Source: Bacteroidota bacterium (GTDB lineage: Bacteria; Bacteroidota; Bacteroidia; NS11-12g; UBA955). From it: DNA of 64,000 nucleotides. The stretch spans positions 26,380 to 90,379 of the forward strand of contig VGFS01000002.1 of NCBI GenBank assembly GCA_016868785.1, given 5' to 3'. The notes beneath the pieces were generated by a model. It worked only from the letters and a program-made list of their open reading frames with translations. It was not told the origin of the DNA and searched no databases. A program made the position numbers and the translations under genes. Below, piece by piece: positions 17,894 through 28,163 of this stretch. How positions within the stretch are numbered: the stretch's first letter is position 1; every line of letters starts with the position of its first letter.

Positions 17894-19741
17894 ATGACAA
17901 AACCCAAGAGAATTTCTCTCCTTTTGTTGGTGATACTGCCATCCATTCTGTTTTGGTTGGCATGGGAGCCGATGCCGTTTACACCCTTGGTTTTTGTGGC
18001 GTTTGCGCCATTGTTGATGCTTGCCCATCACGCGAGAAAAATGGGCGGGTGGCAGCATTTCGGGTTGGTGTTTTTATCGCTGTTGTTGTGGAACATCACC
18101 ACCACTTGGTGGGTTTGGTTTGCCTCTGATGTGGGTGCAGTGGCGATGCTGCTGATGAACTCTTTTTTCATGTTTTTGCCGTTTGGTTTGTGGCGGATGT
18201 GGGCGCGTTTATCGCCGCAGCAGTGGCAGTGTCGTTGGCGTGCAGATTACCTTTTCATAGCCATTTGGTTGTTGTACGAATTTGCCCACCATCGTTGGGA
18301 TTTGTCGTGGCCGTGGTTGTGTTTGGGCAATGCATTTAGCGGGATGACGTGGTATGTGCAGTGGTACGAATACACAGGTACGTTGGGTGGTTCTGCGCTG
18401 ATTTTGTTGGTGAATGTGTGGGTTTATCGTTGGATGTTGCTGTGGCGCATGGCTGATGAGCGCGCAGTTGATGGGGGCACAGATACCGCTTTGACGGGCA
18501 TTTCTGATGTGAAAGCGCTTGATGGAACAGCGATTCCTTTTTGGAAACGCGGCAGGGTGAAACCCCTGTTAACGGCGCTGATTTTACTAGTTGTGATGGG
18601 GTTGATATCGGTGTGGTTGGGTCGTCGGGCGGAGGGGGATTTCATTTCGGACAAGGGCTATTGGGTGGCGTCGATTCAGCCGAATTACGACACTTACGAG
18701 GAGAAGTTTGTGTTGGATCCGATGCAGATGGTGAGGGAGATGCAGGCCACCACGGATTCGGCGAAGCGGGTGTTGGCGCGGCGCGGTGCGTTGTTGGATT
18801 GTGTGTTGTGGCCAGAAACTTCGTTGGTGAGCAGCATCAATGTGGATTTTATGGAATCGGATCAGCAGGTTTCGTTTTTGCAGGGGATACGCCTGCACGA
18901 TTCGGGCAAAACCGATTATTTGATGGGGGTAAACATGGTAAAGTGGTATCCTTGGTCGGGCAAGGGCAAACCGCAGGTGTTTATGCCGGACAAATCGATG
19001 GGGGTGGTGGCGGCGGCCCGACAGAGTAACGATCCCAATTATTGGTATACGCTGCACAATTCGGCATTGTGGTTGGGCGATTCGATTCGATACTACCACA
19101 AATCAAAGTTGGTGCCGGGCACGGAGCAGTTGCCGTTTGTGACTACTTTGCCATTTTTGGAGTCGCTGGCGATATCGTTGGACGAAAATTCTGCTTCAGG
19201 CACGTTGGGCAAGAGCTATCGGGCGATGGCTTTGGGCGATGGGGTGAAGGTGGCACCGGTGATTTGTTACGAGAGCATTTACGGCGATTATGTGAGCGAT
19301 TATGTGGGTGATGGGGCGCAGTGGTTGGCGGTGGTTACGAATGATGCGTGGTGGCGGAATACGGCTGGACACAAACAGCATTTTTCTTATGCCAAGTTGC
19401 GGGCCATCGAGCAGAGAAAGTGGGTGGGCAGGGCGGCCAATACGGGCATTTCGGGGTTCATTGATCCCAAGGGGGAGTCGGTAATGGAGTCGGTGTGGTA
19501 TCAGGGCAGGGCGGGCAGGTGCGATGTTCCTTTGACCGATATTGTGAATTCGGTGGAACAGGGAAATGAAGAAGGCGATTTTGTGGTGGGTGCGGGCACG
19601 CAATTGGCGATGGTTCAGCGCATCGTGCCGAACAACAAAAAAACGGTGTATCAGCGGTTGGGTGATTTGGGCATTTTGGTGATTTTGTGGGTGATTTTGT
19701 GGCTGATGGCGTTACGGAGTCGGCGAAAGATGGAGCATTAG
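17894..19741 (+). CDS. lnt: Apolipoprotein N-acyltransferase
   Basis: Multi-TM N-terminus, QPN, triad WPET / HKSKLVP / ICYES, TNDAWW, RAIE, RAANTGISG. Three in-frame starts (17843, 17864, 17894); the last is chosen because it does not overlap rsmI. Confidence 0.9.
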   Translation: MTKPKRISLLLLVILPSILFWLAWEPMPFTPLVFVAFAPLLMLAHHARKMGGWQHFGLVFLSLLLWNITTTWWVWFASDVGAVAMLLMNSFFMFLPFGLWRMWARLSPQQWQCRWRADYLFIAIWLLYEFAHHRWDLSWPWLCLGNAFSGMTWYVQWYEYTGTLGGSALILLVNVWVYRWMLLWRMADERAVDGGTDTALTGISDVKALDGTAIPFWKRGRVKPLLTALILLVVMGLISVWLGRRAEGDFISDKGYWVASIQPNYDTYEEKFVLDPMQMVREMQATTDSAKRVLARRGALLDCVLWPETSLVSSINVDFMESDQQVSFLQGIRLHDSGKTDYLMGVNMVKWYPWSGKGKPQVFMPDKSMGVVAAARQSNDPNYWYTLHNSALWLGDSIRYYHKSKLVPGTEQLPFVTTLPFLESLAISLDENSASGTLGKSYRAMALGDGVKVAPVICYESIYGDYVSDYVGDGAQWLAVVTNDAWWRNTAGHKQHFSYAKLRAIEQRKWVGRAANTGISGFIDPKGESVMESVWYQGRAGRCDVPLTDIVNSVEQGNEEGDFVVGAGTQLAMVQRIVPNNKKTVYQRLGDLGILVILWVILWLMALRSRRKMEH

Positions 19742-19890
19742 TCGGAGGCTACTATGAATGTGGCCATTGAGGTGGCGGTGGCTGCCATTTGATGGTTTTT
19801 TTGTTGCGCTGAATCGGAGATTCAAGTCCCAGAAAATTGGGTAGAAATTGGGTATCGGAAAGGCGTGAAAATTTGATGTATCTTTGTGAT

Positions 19891-20184
19891 ATGAGCACTG
19901 ATTTCCAACAGCGATTGTTGAGAATCCGCCTGAGGGTGGAGGAAGTGGCGCAGGAAAATGTGTCGTTGAAACAGGCAAATTCCACCTTAACGGAGGAGTT
20001 GGAGGGGCTCAAGAAAACCATCGCACTACAAAAAAATGCCTTGGCAGAACTAAAAGAAGAGAATAAATTGATTAAACTTGCAAAGGAAATGTCGATGAGT
20101 GGCTCAGACGTTCACGATTTAAAAATCAAGATCAACGAGCTGGTTAGAGACATTGATAGATGCATAGATTTACTAAACGAATAA
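19891..20184 (+). CDS. Coiled-coil protein upstream of zapA (ZapB-like)
   Basis: Heptad-rich, ends LKIKINELVRDIDRCIDLLNE. Typical position before zapA-rny. TATCTTTG at 19879. Confidence 0.8.
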   Translation: MSTDFQQRLLRIRLRVEEVAQENVSLKQANSTLTEELEGLKKTIALQKNALAELKEENKLIKLAKEMSMSGSDVHDLKIKINELVRDIDRCIDLLNE

Positions 20185-20192
20185 TATTTTAA

Positions 20193-20477
20193 GTGCAACC
20201 CAACGACAGCATTCTGATCAACGTAAACATCGACAATCGGGCGATGCGTTTGCGTGTAGCGGTCAAGGATGAGGAGGATGTTCGGTTGTCGGCCCAAGTG
20301 CTCAACCAGCGCATCAATGCTTTCAAGAGTTTTCATGCGCAAGAACCCACAGACCGCTTATCGTGGGCGGCACTGGATTTGGCGGGCGAAGTAGTACGCC
20401 ATGGCAAAAGCCATCGCAATTTGGACGATCTTCTGGAAGCGGAAATTTCGGCCATGGAGCGGCTCTTGTTTGCTTGA
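20193..20477 (+). CDS. zapA: Cell division protein ZapA
   Basis: I.VNI.NR...L.V...DEE.VR..A..LN.RI...D.L..AAL pattern and synteny with rny. GTG start. Confidence 0.82.
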   Translation: MQPNDSILINVNIDNRAMRLRVAVKDEEDVRLSAQVLNQRINAFKSFHAQEPTDRLSWAALDLAGEVVRHGKSHRNLDDLLEAEISAMERLLFA

Positions 20478-20543
20478 TAATATTGTTTACTCGGTAAAAA
20501 TCTCTGTGTCTATCTCCGCAAAAAATTAAAGGAATAGCACAAA

Positions 20544-22085
20544 ATGGAAAACATCGTATTTATCCTCGCCGGACTCATTGTAGGGTTGGCCCTTGGATAT
20601 GTTGTGTTTGTAGCGATGCGCAAATCACAGCTGGAAAAAGACAAGCAAAGCATCATTGAAGAAGCCAAATTGCAGGGTGAGAACCTGAAGAAGGACCGTA
20701 TTTTGGAGGCAAAGGAGAAGTACATGCAACTTCGTTCTGAGTACGAAAAAGAATCGAACCGCAGAAACAGCGAAATCGTAAACAGCGAAAATCGCATCAA
20801 GCAGAAGGAGCAGTCATTGGACGACAAAATCCGTGCGAACAAGAGCAAGGAGGATGAATTGGCCAAGACCAAAGAGCGTTTGGAATCGCAGATTGAGACC
20901 TACAAAGTGAAGGAGCGCGAGGCCCAGCAATTGATGGAGCAGCAGTTGGAACAATTGGAGAAAGTGGCGGGTTTGTCGGCCGCTGAGGCCAAGAACCAGA
21001 TGTTGGAGAACATCAAAGTTCAATCGCACACGGAGGGCTTGACGTTGGCGAAAAACATCGTTGAAGAGGCCAAGTTGGGGGCTACCCGCGAGGCTAAGCG
21101 CATCGTATTGCAGACCATTCAGCGTACGGCGGCGGAAACGGCGATCGACAATACGGTAACCAGTTTCCCCTTGGAAAACGACGATGTGAAAGGCAGAATC
21201 ATTGGCAGGGAAGGTAGAAATATCAAGGCATTTGAAGCGGCTACGGGCGTGGAAATTCTGATCGACGATACCCCAGAAACCATCGTGTTGAGTTGTTATG
21301 ACCCCATCCGTCGGGAGATTGCCCGTGTATCGTTAGAGCGTTTGATTCGCGACGGTCGTATCCACCCAGCGCGTATCGAGGAAGTGGTAGAAAAGGTGAA
21401 GAAGCAGGTGGAAGAGGAAGTGGTAGAGTGGGGCGAGCGCACCGTGGTAGACTTGGGCATTACCGGTTTGCATCCAGAATTGATTCGTTATGTGGGACGC
21501 ATGCGTTTCAGAAGTTCATACGGACAGAATTTGTTGAAGCACAGCAGAGAGGTGGCGCGTTTGTGTGCTACGATGGCTGCGGAGATGGGCTTGAACGTGA
21601 AGTTGGCGAAGCGCGCGGGCTTGTTGCACGATATCGGGAAGTGTCCTGACAACGACGAGGAAACCCCACACGCTTTGTTGGGTATGAAGTTGTGCGAGAA
21701 GTTCGGCGAGCATCCTGAGGTGGTGAATGCGGTGGGTGCGCACCACGATGAAATTGAGATGACATCGTTGTTGAGTCCGGTGATTCAGGCTTGCGATGCG
21801 ATTTCTGGTTCTAGACCGGGCGCGCGCAGGGGCGATGATCAATATGTGGAGCGTATCAAGGAGATGGAAAATATGGCGTTGAGCTATCCGGGTGTGGAGA
21901 AGGCGTATGCCATCCAGGCGGGTCGCGAATTGCGTATTATCATGTCGGCCGAGAAATCGAACGACGAAAATGCCGATACGTTGGCCTTTGAATTGTCGAA
22001 CCGCATCATGACAGAAATGCGTTATCCTGGACAGGTGAAGATCACCGTGATCCGCGAGAAGCGCAGCGTGGGTATCGCAAAATAA
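20544..22085 (+). CDS. rny: Ribonuclease Y
   Basis: N-terminal TM, coiled coil, KH domain KGRIIGREGRNI, HD domain GLLHDIGK, AIQAGRELR. Confidence 0.97.
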   Translation: MENIVFILAGLIVGLALGYVVFVAMRKSQLEKDKQSIIEEAKLQGENLKKDRILEAKEKYMQLRSEYEKESNRRNSEIVNSENRIKQKEQSLDDKIRANKSKEDELAKTKERLESQIETYKVKEREAQQLMEQQLEQLEKVAGLSAAEAKNQMLENIKVQSHTEGLTLAKNIVEEAKLGATREAKRIVLQTIQRTAAETAIDNTVTSFPLENDDVKGRIIGREGRNIKAFEAATGVEILIDDTPETIVLSCYDPIRREIARVSLERLIRDGRIHPARIEEVVEKVKKQVEEEVVEWGERTVVDLGITGLHPELIRYVGRMRFRSSYGQNLLKHSREVARLCATMAAEMGLNVKLAKRAGLLHDIGKCPDNDEETPHALLGMKLCEKFGEHPEVVNAVGAHHDEIEMTSLLSPVIQACDAISGSRPGARRGDDQYVERIKEMENMALSYPGVEKAYAIQAGRELRIIMSAEKSNDENADTLAFELSNRIMTEMRYPGQVKITVIREKRSVGIAK

Positions 22086-22097
22086 TTTGTTGGTACT

Positions 22098-22832
22098 ATG
22101 TACCTGACCATAGATTTTGGCAATACGGCATCAAAATATGCCCTCTTCAGCGAAGGGGGCATATTGCGTTTTCACGGGGTGTTTACCGATGTGGAGTCGT
22201 TGTTGCAGTGGGAGGGGATGCAGGGACAGGCGCTTGCGGCTTGTATTTTCAGCACGGTTCGGAAGGACATTCCTTGGCTCACGGGGTTGGATTGTGCGGT
22301 CCATTTGTTCAGCAGCATTATGAAATTGCCGGTGACGATGGGCTATCACACGCCGGAAACGTTGGGTGCAGATCGCTTGGCGGGGGTGTTGGGTGCGCAG
22401 TGTTTGATGCAGCAGCGGGGCAGGGTTGGGGCGAGTTTGGTGATTGACGCGGGCACTTGCATCACTTACGATTGGTTGGATGAGGGGGGCTGTTACCAGG
22501 GCGGCAGCATTTCGCCGGGGTTACACATGCGGTATTTGGCTTTGCATCAGCAGACGGGCAAGTTGCCGTTGGTGAGTCACGAAGCTTTTTCGGGGCAGGT
22601 GGGCAAAAGTACGCATGAGAGCATTTTGTGTGGGGTTCAGCAGGGGATTGCGGGTGAATCGCACCGACAAATTGCGTTGTTCCTCGAAAAACACCCTGAA
22701 GGACAGGTATTTATCACCGGTGGCGACGGGTTATTCTTGGCGGAACAACAGAAAACAGAGATATTTGTAGAGCCTATGCTCGTTCATTACGGGTTGATGC
22801 ACGCACTTCAACATCATGAGAAAGCTCAATAA
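22098..22832 (+). CDS. coaX: Type III pantothenate kinase
   Basis: IDFGNT, TLGADR, IDAGTCITYD, GGSISPG, ITGGD. Confidence 0.93.
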   Translation: MYLTIDFGNTASKYALFSEGGILRFHGVFTDVESLLQWEGMQGQALAACIFSTVRKDIPWLTGLDCAVHLFSSIMKLPVTMGYHTPETLGADRLAGVLGAQCLMQQRGRVGASLVIDAGTCITYDWLDEGGCYQGGSISPGLHMRYLALHQQTGKLPLVSHEAFSGQVGKSTHESILCGVQQGIAGESHRQIALFLEKHPEGQVFITGGDGLFLAEQQKTEIFVEPMLVHYGLMHALQHHEKAQ

Positions 22833-24198
22833 ACAATTTTTCCTAGCGGTTCTGGTAATTCTGGGAGCATCTCAAGGTCGGGCGCAGTCGGCGGGTGGAC
22901 AGAATCTCACGTTCTCGCCTTACAGCAATTTCGGGATTGGCGAGTGGATTGGCACGAATCAGGTACAGTGCGGCAGTAATTTGCACACGCGTTCTGGGGC
23001 GTACTCCTACACCATGCACAATCCGGCTACATTGGGCAATTTGTACTACACCACGTTTGATGTGGGTGGCAGTTTCAAGGGGGCCAAGATTCAGGCGGGC
23101 GACCAAACGCAGACCTTTCAGGGGGGCGGATTGGGTTATTTGAACTTGGGTTTTAGGACTTACAATTACTACCACAGGCGGGCGATGTTGGACAGTGGTT
23201 CCAAGCAAAAGCGGATCAAGAGCACGCGCTATGCCATCAATTCGGCGGTTTCGTTGCAGCCATTGACCACGGTGGGGTATCAGTATACTTTTCGCGATAG
23301 CACGCCATTTATTAACCGGACGACCCATGCCGGGTATGGTGGGGTGAACATGGTGGAGTTGGCGAATGCCTTTCGTTTTGGTCAACACATCAGTTTGGGT
23401 TACAGCGTAGGTCGCGTTTTTGGTCAGTTGAACGACCAGTCGATTTTCAGTGTGCCGGACAGCAATGATTTGAATTTGTTGGAGGACATCAAATCGGTGA
23501 ACGTGCATGGTATTCAGCAAAAGGTGGGGATCATGACGTATTTCAAGTTGGATTCTACTTACCACACGTTGGGTGCGAGTGCGCAATTTTTCACTGGGGT
23601 TACGGGTGAGCAGTTGCGGTTGACGCGCACGATGGATTTGGTAGGGAGCCAGGTATACTTGGTGGACACGGTGTTGAATGCGTTGTCGCCGAGAACACCG
23701 ATGTCGTTGCCCAGCAGTTTTGGCGCGGGATATTTGTTTCAGTACCGTCAGCGTTGGTCGGTGTCGTTGGACTACCGCAAGCAGGTTTGGGGCAGTTTGG
23801 ATCCGATGTTTTTTGATGCGGGCAGGCGATACATGGACCGCACCGATTATGGCTTCACGTTTACGTTGAATCCGAATGATTTCAAACACCCGAGTCACAA
23901 GAAAATGCGTTGGCCGGTGCGTGTGGGGGGTGTGTTGTCGGAGACCCAATATTCTTTCACCAAACCCAGCGGGGTTGGCAGCAACCGCATCATACAGCAT
24001 CGCGCTTTTGTGGGTGTGGGTGTGCCATTGGTTCGCAGATACTATGACAATTCGGTGTTGAGCAGTGTGGTTCATCTGCAGTTGGACTATGTTCAGCGGG
24101 GGTTGGCATCGGACGGGTTGGCCAAGGAGCAATTCATCAATTTTACGTTGGGGTTGCAGTTGGGTGATTTGTGGTTTCAGCGTAGAAAATTCGATTAA
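22816..24198 (+). CDS. Conserved outer-membrane beta-barrel protein (coaX-lptC cluster)
   Basis: Signal peptide, SPYS.FG.GE, NPA.L, G.GG.N, C-terminal WF.RRKFD. Amphipathic strands. Confidence 0.8.
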   Translation: MRKLNKQFFLAVLVILGASQGRAQSAGGQNLTFSPYSNFGIGEWIGTNQVQCGSNLHTRSGAYSYTMHNPATLGNLYYTTFDVGGSFKGAKIQAGDQTQTFQGGGLGYLNLGFRTYNYYHRRAMLDSGSKQKRIKSTRYAINSAVSLQPLTTVGYQYTFRDSTPFINRTTHAGYGGVNMVELANAFRFGQHISLGYSVGRVFGQLNDQSIFSVPDSNDLNLLEDIKSVNVHGIQQKVGIMTYFKLDSTYHTLGASAQFFTGVTGEQLRLTRTMDLVGSQVYLVDTVLNALSPRTPMSLPSSFGAGYLFQYRQRWSVSLDYRKQVWGSLDPMFFDAGRRYMDRTDYGFTFTLNPNDFKHPSHKKMRWPVRVGGVLSETQYSFTKPSGVGSNRIIQHRAFVGVGVPLVRRYYDNSVLSSVVHLQLDYVQRGLASDGLAKEQFINFTLGLQLGDLWFQRRKFD

Positions 24199-24200
24199 TT

Positions 24201-24782
24201 ATGCGGGGGCTGTTGGCCATAGTTTTGCTGTTGCTGGTTGGGTGTAGCGATACGCACAACAAGGTGGTGGTGAAGAAAAAGAAAGGCACTTTCGAGAGCG
24301 CGGAATATGCGGAGAAGGTAACCATTGAGTACACCGATTCGGGCAAATTGAGGGCCCGGGTTTTCAGTCCAATACTGATGGCGGTGAAGGCCAAGCGCAA
24401 TCCTTATTTGTTGATGAAGAAGGGATTAAAAGTAGATTTTTACGATGAGCAGGGCGGGTTGGAGAGTTACATGACGGCGGAGTACGGCATCAGTTACATG
24501 GACGATAAGAAAGTGATCGTGCGTAACAATGTAGAGATTTTGAACATCAAGGGGGAGACGCTCAACACGGAGGAGCTGGTATGGGATCAACAGTCGGGGG
24601 TGATCAGAACCGACAAGTTCGTCAAAATCACCGGGGAGGATCAAATCACCACGGGCACGGGTTTGGTGAGCAATCAGGCATTCACGGACTGGGAGATCAT
24701 CAATTATTCAGGAACAATCAATTTACCCAATGATAAAAAACCACGTCCTCGCCCTCTTATCCCTGGTCGCGGCCGCTATTAG
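24201..24782 (+). CDS. lptC: LPS export ABC transporter periplasmic protein LptC
   Basis: YTDSGKLRA, G..VDFYD, S..TA.YG, L.TEELVWD, I.TDKFV.I, G.GL.SN..F. Confidence 0.88.
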   Translation: MRGLLAIVLLLLVGCSDTHNKVVVKKKKGTFESAEYAEKVTIEYTDSGKLRARVFSPILMAVKAKRNPYLLMKKGLKVDFYDEQGGLESYMTAEYGISYMDDKKVIVRNNVEILNIKGETLNTEELVWDQQSGVIRTDKFVKITGEDQITTGTGLVSNQAFTDWEIINYSGTINLPNDKKPRPRPLIPGRGRY

Positions 24783-24930
24783 CGGAACCGAGAGTTTGTT
24801 ACAGTTTTACGCTACGGGCGTTGGCTCGGCGGCTGGCTGGCTGATGTTGGCGGTATTTGGCGCGAGTTTTTACTTTTACGTGGGGTTTAAAAAGGCCCGA
24901 CGGGAGATGATGCAACAAGGCAAACGCTAA
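24730..24930 (+). CDS. Small two-TM membrane protein
   Basis: 66 aa, two hydrophobic helices and a basic tail. Fills the lptC-pheT gap. From recall, similar small proteins follow lptC in other Bacteroidota. Confidence 0.55.
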   Translation: MIKNHVLALLSLVAAAISGTESLLQFYATGVGSAAGWLMLAVFGASFYFYVGFKKARREMMQQGKR

Positions 24931-24952
24931 ATCTTTATCTTCGCAAGGCGTC

Positions 24953-27286
24953 ATGAAAATTTCCATTGATTGGTTAAAGTCGCTTTTGCCCACGGAGGCA
25001 TCGGCACAAGAAATATCAGATTTACTGTCGGTTAGCAGCCTGGAAGTCGAACACTTAGACACTTGGTACAGTGCGGGTTCGGGTTTGGAGGGTTTTGTGA
25101 TTGGGGAGGTGGTAACGTGTGAGACGCATCCCAATGCAGACCGTTTGCGGGTGACCACGGTGAATGTGGGGGGTGAGTCGTTGTTGCCGATTGTCTGTGG
25201 TGCGCCGAATGTGGCGGCTGGACAGAAGGTGGTGGTGGCGTTGGTAGGCACAGAGATTGTGATGTTGGGCAAGGAACCGTTTGTGATTGGCAAGGCGAAG
25301 ATTCGGGGCGAGGTTTCTGAGGGGATGATTTGTGCGGAGGACGAGTGCGGATTGGGGAGCAGTCACGACGGTATTATGGTTTTACCCAACGATGCGGTGG
25401 TGGGTACTTCTGCGGCTGATTATTTTGGTGTGGTGAAGGACCAGGTGATGGAGATTGGCTTGACGGCCAACCGGGGGGATGCGGCGTCGCATGTGGGTGT
25501 TGCCAATGATTTGGCGGCGTTGTTACAGGTAAAATTTGATCGCATCGCCCATCATGAAGGGACGATTGATGGGGCATGGAAGAGCAAGGGCGCAGGCATT
25601 TCGGTGAGCATCGAGGATGCGCAGTGGTGCGAGCGATACATCGCTTTGGAGGTGAATGGTGTGCAATTGGGGGAAAGTGTGGCCGTTGTAAAAAACCGGT
25701 TGAGAGCCATAGGCATTGAGCCGAGAAACAATGTGGTGGATGCTACGAATTACTTTTTGCATCAGACGGGACAGCCGAGTCATGCGTTTGATGCCGACAA
25801 AATACAGGGGGGAATTACGGTGCGATTGGCGAAGGCGGGGGAGACGTTGGTGTTATTGGATGGCAAGAGCATCGTGTTGCATGGGGAGGATGTGGTGATT
25901 GCGGACGAGCGTGGTGCGATTGCGTTGGCGGGGGTGATGGGCGGACAGGCCACGGCGGTATCGGCGGATACGAAGCGGGTGGTTTTGGAGGTGGCGCATT
26001 TTCATCCAACGGCGGTGAGGAAGGCGGCGAAGCGACACAATTTGCACACGGATGCGGGTTTCAGGTTTGAGCGCGGGGTGGACAAGCAGCATATGGCGGA
26101 GGTGGCGATGCAGATTGCCCAGCATTTGGAGCAGCATGCGGGGGGTGTTTGGACTTCGGTGAGCGAGTTATATCCGGTGGTGTTTGCGGAGCGTGTGGTG
26201 GAGATGAAGGTGAGGGATTTGTCGGCGTTTGCGGGCTTGGAAATTCCGGCGGCTGAGGCGAAGGCGATTTTGGAGCGATTGGGTTTTGGGGTTGAGGGCG
26301 AAGAGGCATTGAAGGTGCGTATTCCGGGCTGGCGCAACGATGTTGAGCAGGTGGTAGATTTATACGAGGAGGTGATGCGGATTTATGGGTACGATCGCGT
26401 GCCGATGAATGGCAAATTGCAGGCGACATTGGGCACGTTTGAGGGGATGAAATTGCGGAAGTCGGAGAATGCGTTGCGACAGTTTTTGTGTGATCAGGGG
26501 TTGTTGGAGGCGGCGACGAATTCGTTGCATCCGGCGGCTTGGTATCCTAATAAAGAAGATTTGGTGTATTTGAGCAATCCATTGAGCAGCGACATGGACG
26601 TGATGCGGGCGTCGTTGATTCCTGGGCTGTTGCAGTCTGTGGCTTACAACATCAACCGCAAGGCCGAGGGGGTGAAATTGTTTGAGTTGGGTCGGGTTTA
26701 CCAGAAGACGGCGAAGGGATTCCGGGAAACACCTACTTTGTCGATGGTTTTCTGGGGCGGTGTGGCTGCTGAGAGTTGGGAGTCTAAGCCCCAGGAGGTT
26801 GGTTTTTACGATATCAAGCGGTTGTTGCAGGGGCTGTTGGTGCGATTGGGCAGCAAGGTTTCTGTAGACACGTTGGAGATTTTCAAGGCGCCGAAGGCGT
26901 GGTTGAAGGCGGCCGATATTTCTACTACGGTTTGGTGTGTGGAGTTGCCTTGGCGAAAGCTGTTGAGCAACAAGGGCGAGGGTTTTGCGGTTGTGTCGGC
27001 ACCCAAGTATCCGGGCATGCGCAGGGATTTGAGTTTGGTGGTGGATACATCGGCCACGTTTGCTTCGTTGATGCAGGTGGTGAAGTCGGTGAAGGCACCG
27101 CTGTTGACCGATGTGCGGGTTTTCGATGTTTTCGAGGGTAAGCCGTTGGAGGCGGGCAAGAAGGCGGTGGCGATGTCGTTCCACTTCTTGAATCCGGAGG
27201 CCACGTTAACCGAGGCGGAGGTCGACAGCAAGATGCAGGCCTTCATGAAGGCCTTTGAGGCATCGGGTGCGTTGATTAGAAAATAG
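24953..27286 (+). CDS. pheT: Phenylalanine--tRNA ligase beta subunit
   Basis: MKIS..WL, HPNADRL, IVCGAPNV, S.GMIC, T.NR.D, NN.VDATNY, RFERGVD, R.D.....DL.EE..RIYGY, RRDLS.VV. Confidence 0.97.
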   Translation: MKISIDWLKSLLPTEASAQEISDLLSVSSLEVEHLDTWYSAGSGLEGFVIGEVVTCETHPNADRLRVTTVNVGGESLLPIVCGAPNVAAGQKVVVALVGTEIVMLGKEPFVIGKAKIRGEVSEGMICAEDECGLGSSHDGIMVLPNDAVVGTSAADYFGVVKDQVMEIGLTANRGDAASHVGVANDLAALLQVKFDRIAHHEGTIDGAWKSKGAGISVSIEDAQWCERYIALEVNGVQLGESVAVVKNRLRAIGIEPRNNVVDATNYFLHQTGQPSHAFDADKIQGGITVRLAKAGETLVLLDGKSIVLHGEDVVIADERGAIALAGVMGGQATAVSADTKRVVLEVAHFHPTAVRKAAKRHNLHTDAGFRFERGVDKQHMAEVAMQIAQHLEQHAGGVWTSVSELYPVVFAERVVEMKVRDLSAFAGLEIPAAEAKAILERLGFGVEGEEALKVRIPGWRNDVEQVVDLYEEVMRIYGYDRVPMNGKLQATLGTFEGMKLRKSENALRQFLCDQGLLEAATNSLHPAAWYPNKEDLVYLSNPLSSDMDVMRASLIPGLLQSVAYNINRKAEGVKLFELGRVYQKTAKGFRETPTLSMVFWGGVAAESWESKPQEVGFYDIKRLLQGLLVRLGSKVSVDTLEIFKAPKAWLKAADISTTVWCVELPWRKLLSNKGEGFAVVSAPKYPGMRRDLSLVVDTSATFASLMQVVKSVKAPLLTDVRVFDVFEGKPLEAGKKAVAMSFHFLNPEATLTEAEVDSKMQAFMKAFEASGALIRK

Positions 27287-27300
27287 ATTAATTTCGCAGC

Positions 27301-28083
27301 ATGGATTTGACCAGTGTACTTTATGAGAAGCGCGGCAGTGTGGCGCACATCACGTTAAACCGTCCGGATGTTTTCAATGCATTCGATGAGACTCAGAGTT
27401 ACGATTTGCAGGCGGCGTTGAAAGAGGCGGCCAAGGACTCAGAAGTAAGGGTTTTGGTGCTGACGGGTGCGGGCAAGGCATTCTGCAGTGGTCAGGATTT
27501 GAAGACGATTGCTGGTTCTAAAAACCGGTCGTTGAGTGACTCATTGTACAAGCGATATAACCCGATCATTAAGGCGATGCGCGAGATTCCCAAGCCCATC
27601 ATTGGCAGGATCAATGGGGTAGCGGCGGGTGCGGGTGCGTCATTGGCCTTGGCATGCGATTTCATTGTGGCTGCTGAGAGTGCTTCTTTTATTGAAGTTT
27701 TTGTGAATGTGGGTTTGGTGCCCGATTCGGGATCTTCTTACTTTTTGCCCAAGGCAATTTCGCCGGCGCGGGCCTTTGAGATGGCTACGATGGCACCCAA
27801 AATTTCTGCGGCTCAGGCCATGGAGTGGGGGTTGATCAACCGGGTGGTTGCGTTGGAGGGCTTGGACGAAGAAGTGAATAAAGTGGCGGATTACTATGCT
27901 CAGGCGCCTACGATGGCGGTGGGCATGATCAAGAAAATGTTGAACAAGGCGGGACATTCCGATTTGCAAACGATGTTGCAATACGAGGCCTATTGTCAGG
28001 AGATTGCGGGCAGGAGCGAGGATTACAAGGAGGGGGTAACGGCTTTCAACGAGAAGCGCAAGCCTGTTTTCAAGGGCAAGTAA
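27301..28083 (+). CDS. Enoyl-CoA hydratase/isomerase (PaaG-like)
   Basis: TLNRPD..NAF, GAGKAFCSGQDL, YNP.I, NGVAAGAG, GLVPDSG, EG..AF.EKR.P.F.G. Confidence 0.92.
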   Translation: MDLTSVLYEKRGSVAHITLNRPDVFNAFDETQSYDLQAALKEAAKDSEVRVLVLTGAGKAFCSGQDLKTIAGSKNRSLSDSLYKRYNPIIKAMREIPKPIIGRINGVAAGAGASLALACDFIVAAESASFIEVFVNVGLVPDSGSSYFLPKAISPARAFEMATMAPKISAAQAMEWGLINRVVALEGLDEEVNKVADYYAQAPTMAVGMIKKMLNKAGHSDLQTMLQYEAYCQEIAGRSEDYKEGVTAFNEKRKPVFKGK

Positions 28084-28163
28084 GGGATTTTTCCCCTAGG
28101 GGAATGGTCAAAGAAGTGTCAACCCGTGTGAAAGATTGACATTTTGCAGTAATTTGCGGCCTT

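Noticed and set aside
20478-20543. 6S RNA, often found after zapA
   Set aside because: The gap is only 66 nt, AT-rich, and has no long hairpin.
22843-24132. 429-aa antisense ORF, and similar long shadow ORFs (10805-11602, 26360-27184, 42598-43452, 51002-52069, 56281-57030, 59814-60632)
   Set aside because: Each lies wholly or largely opposite a well-supported gene, has no recognisable motifs, and is explained by codon bias.
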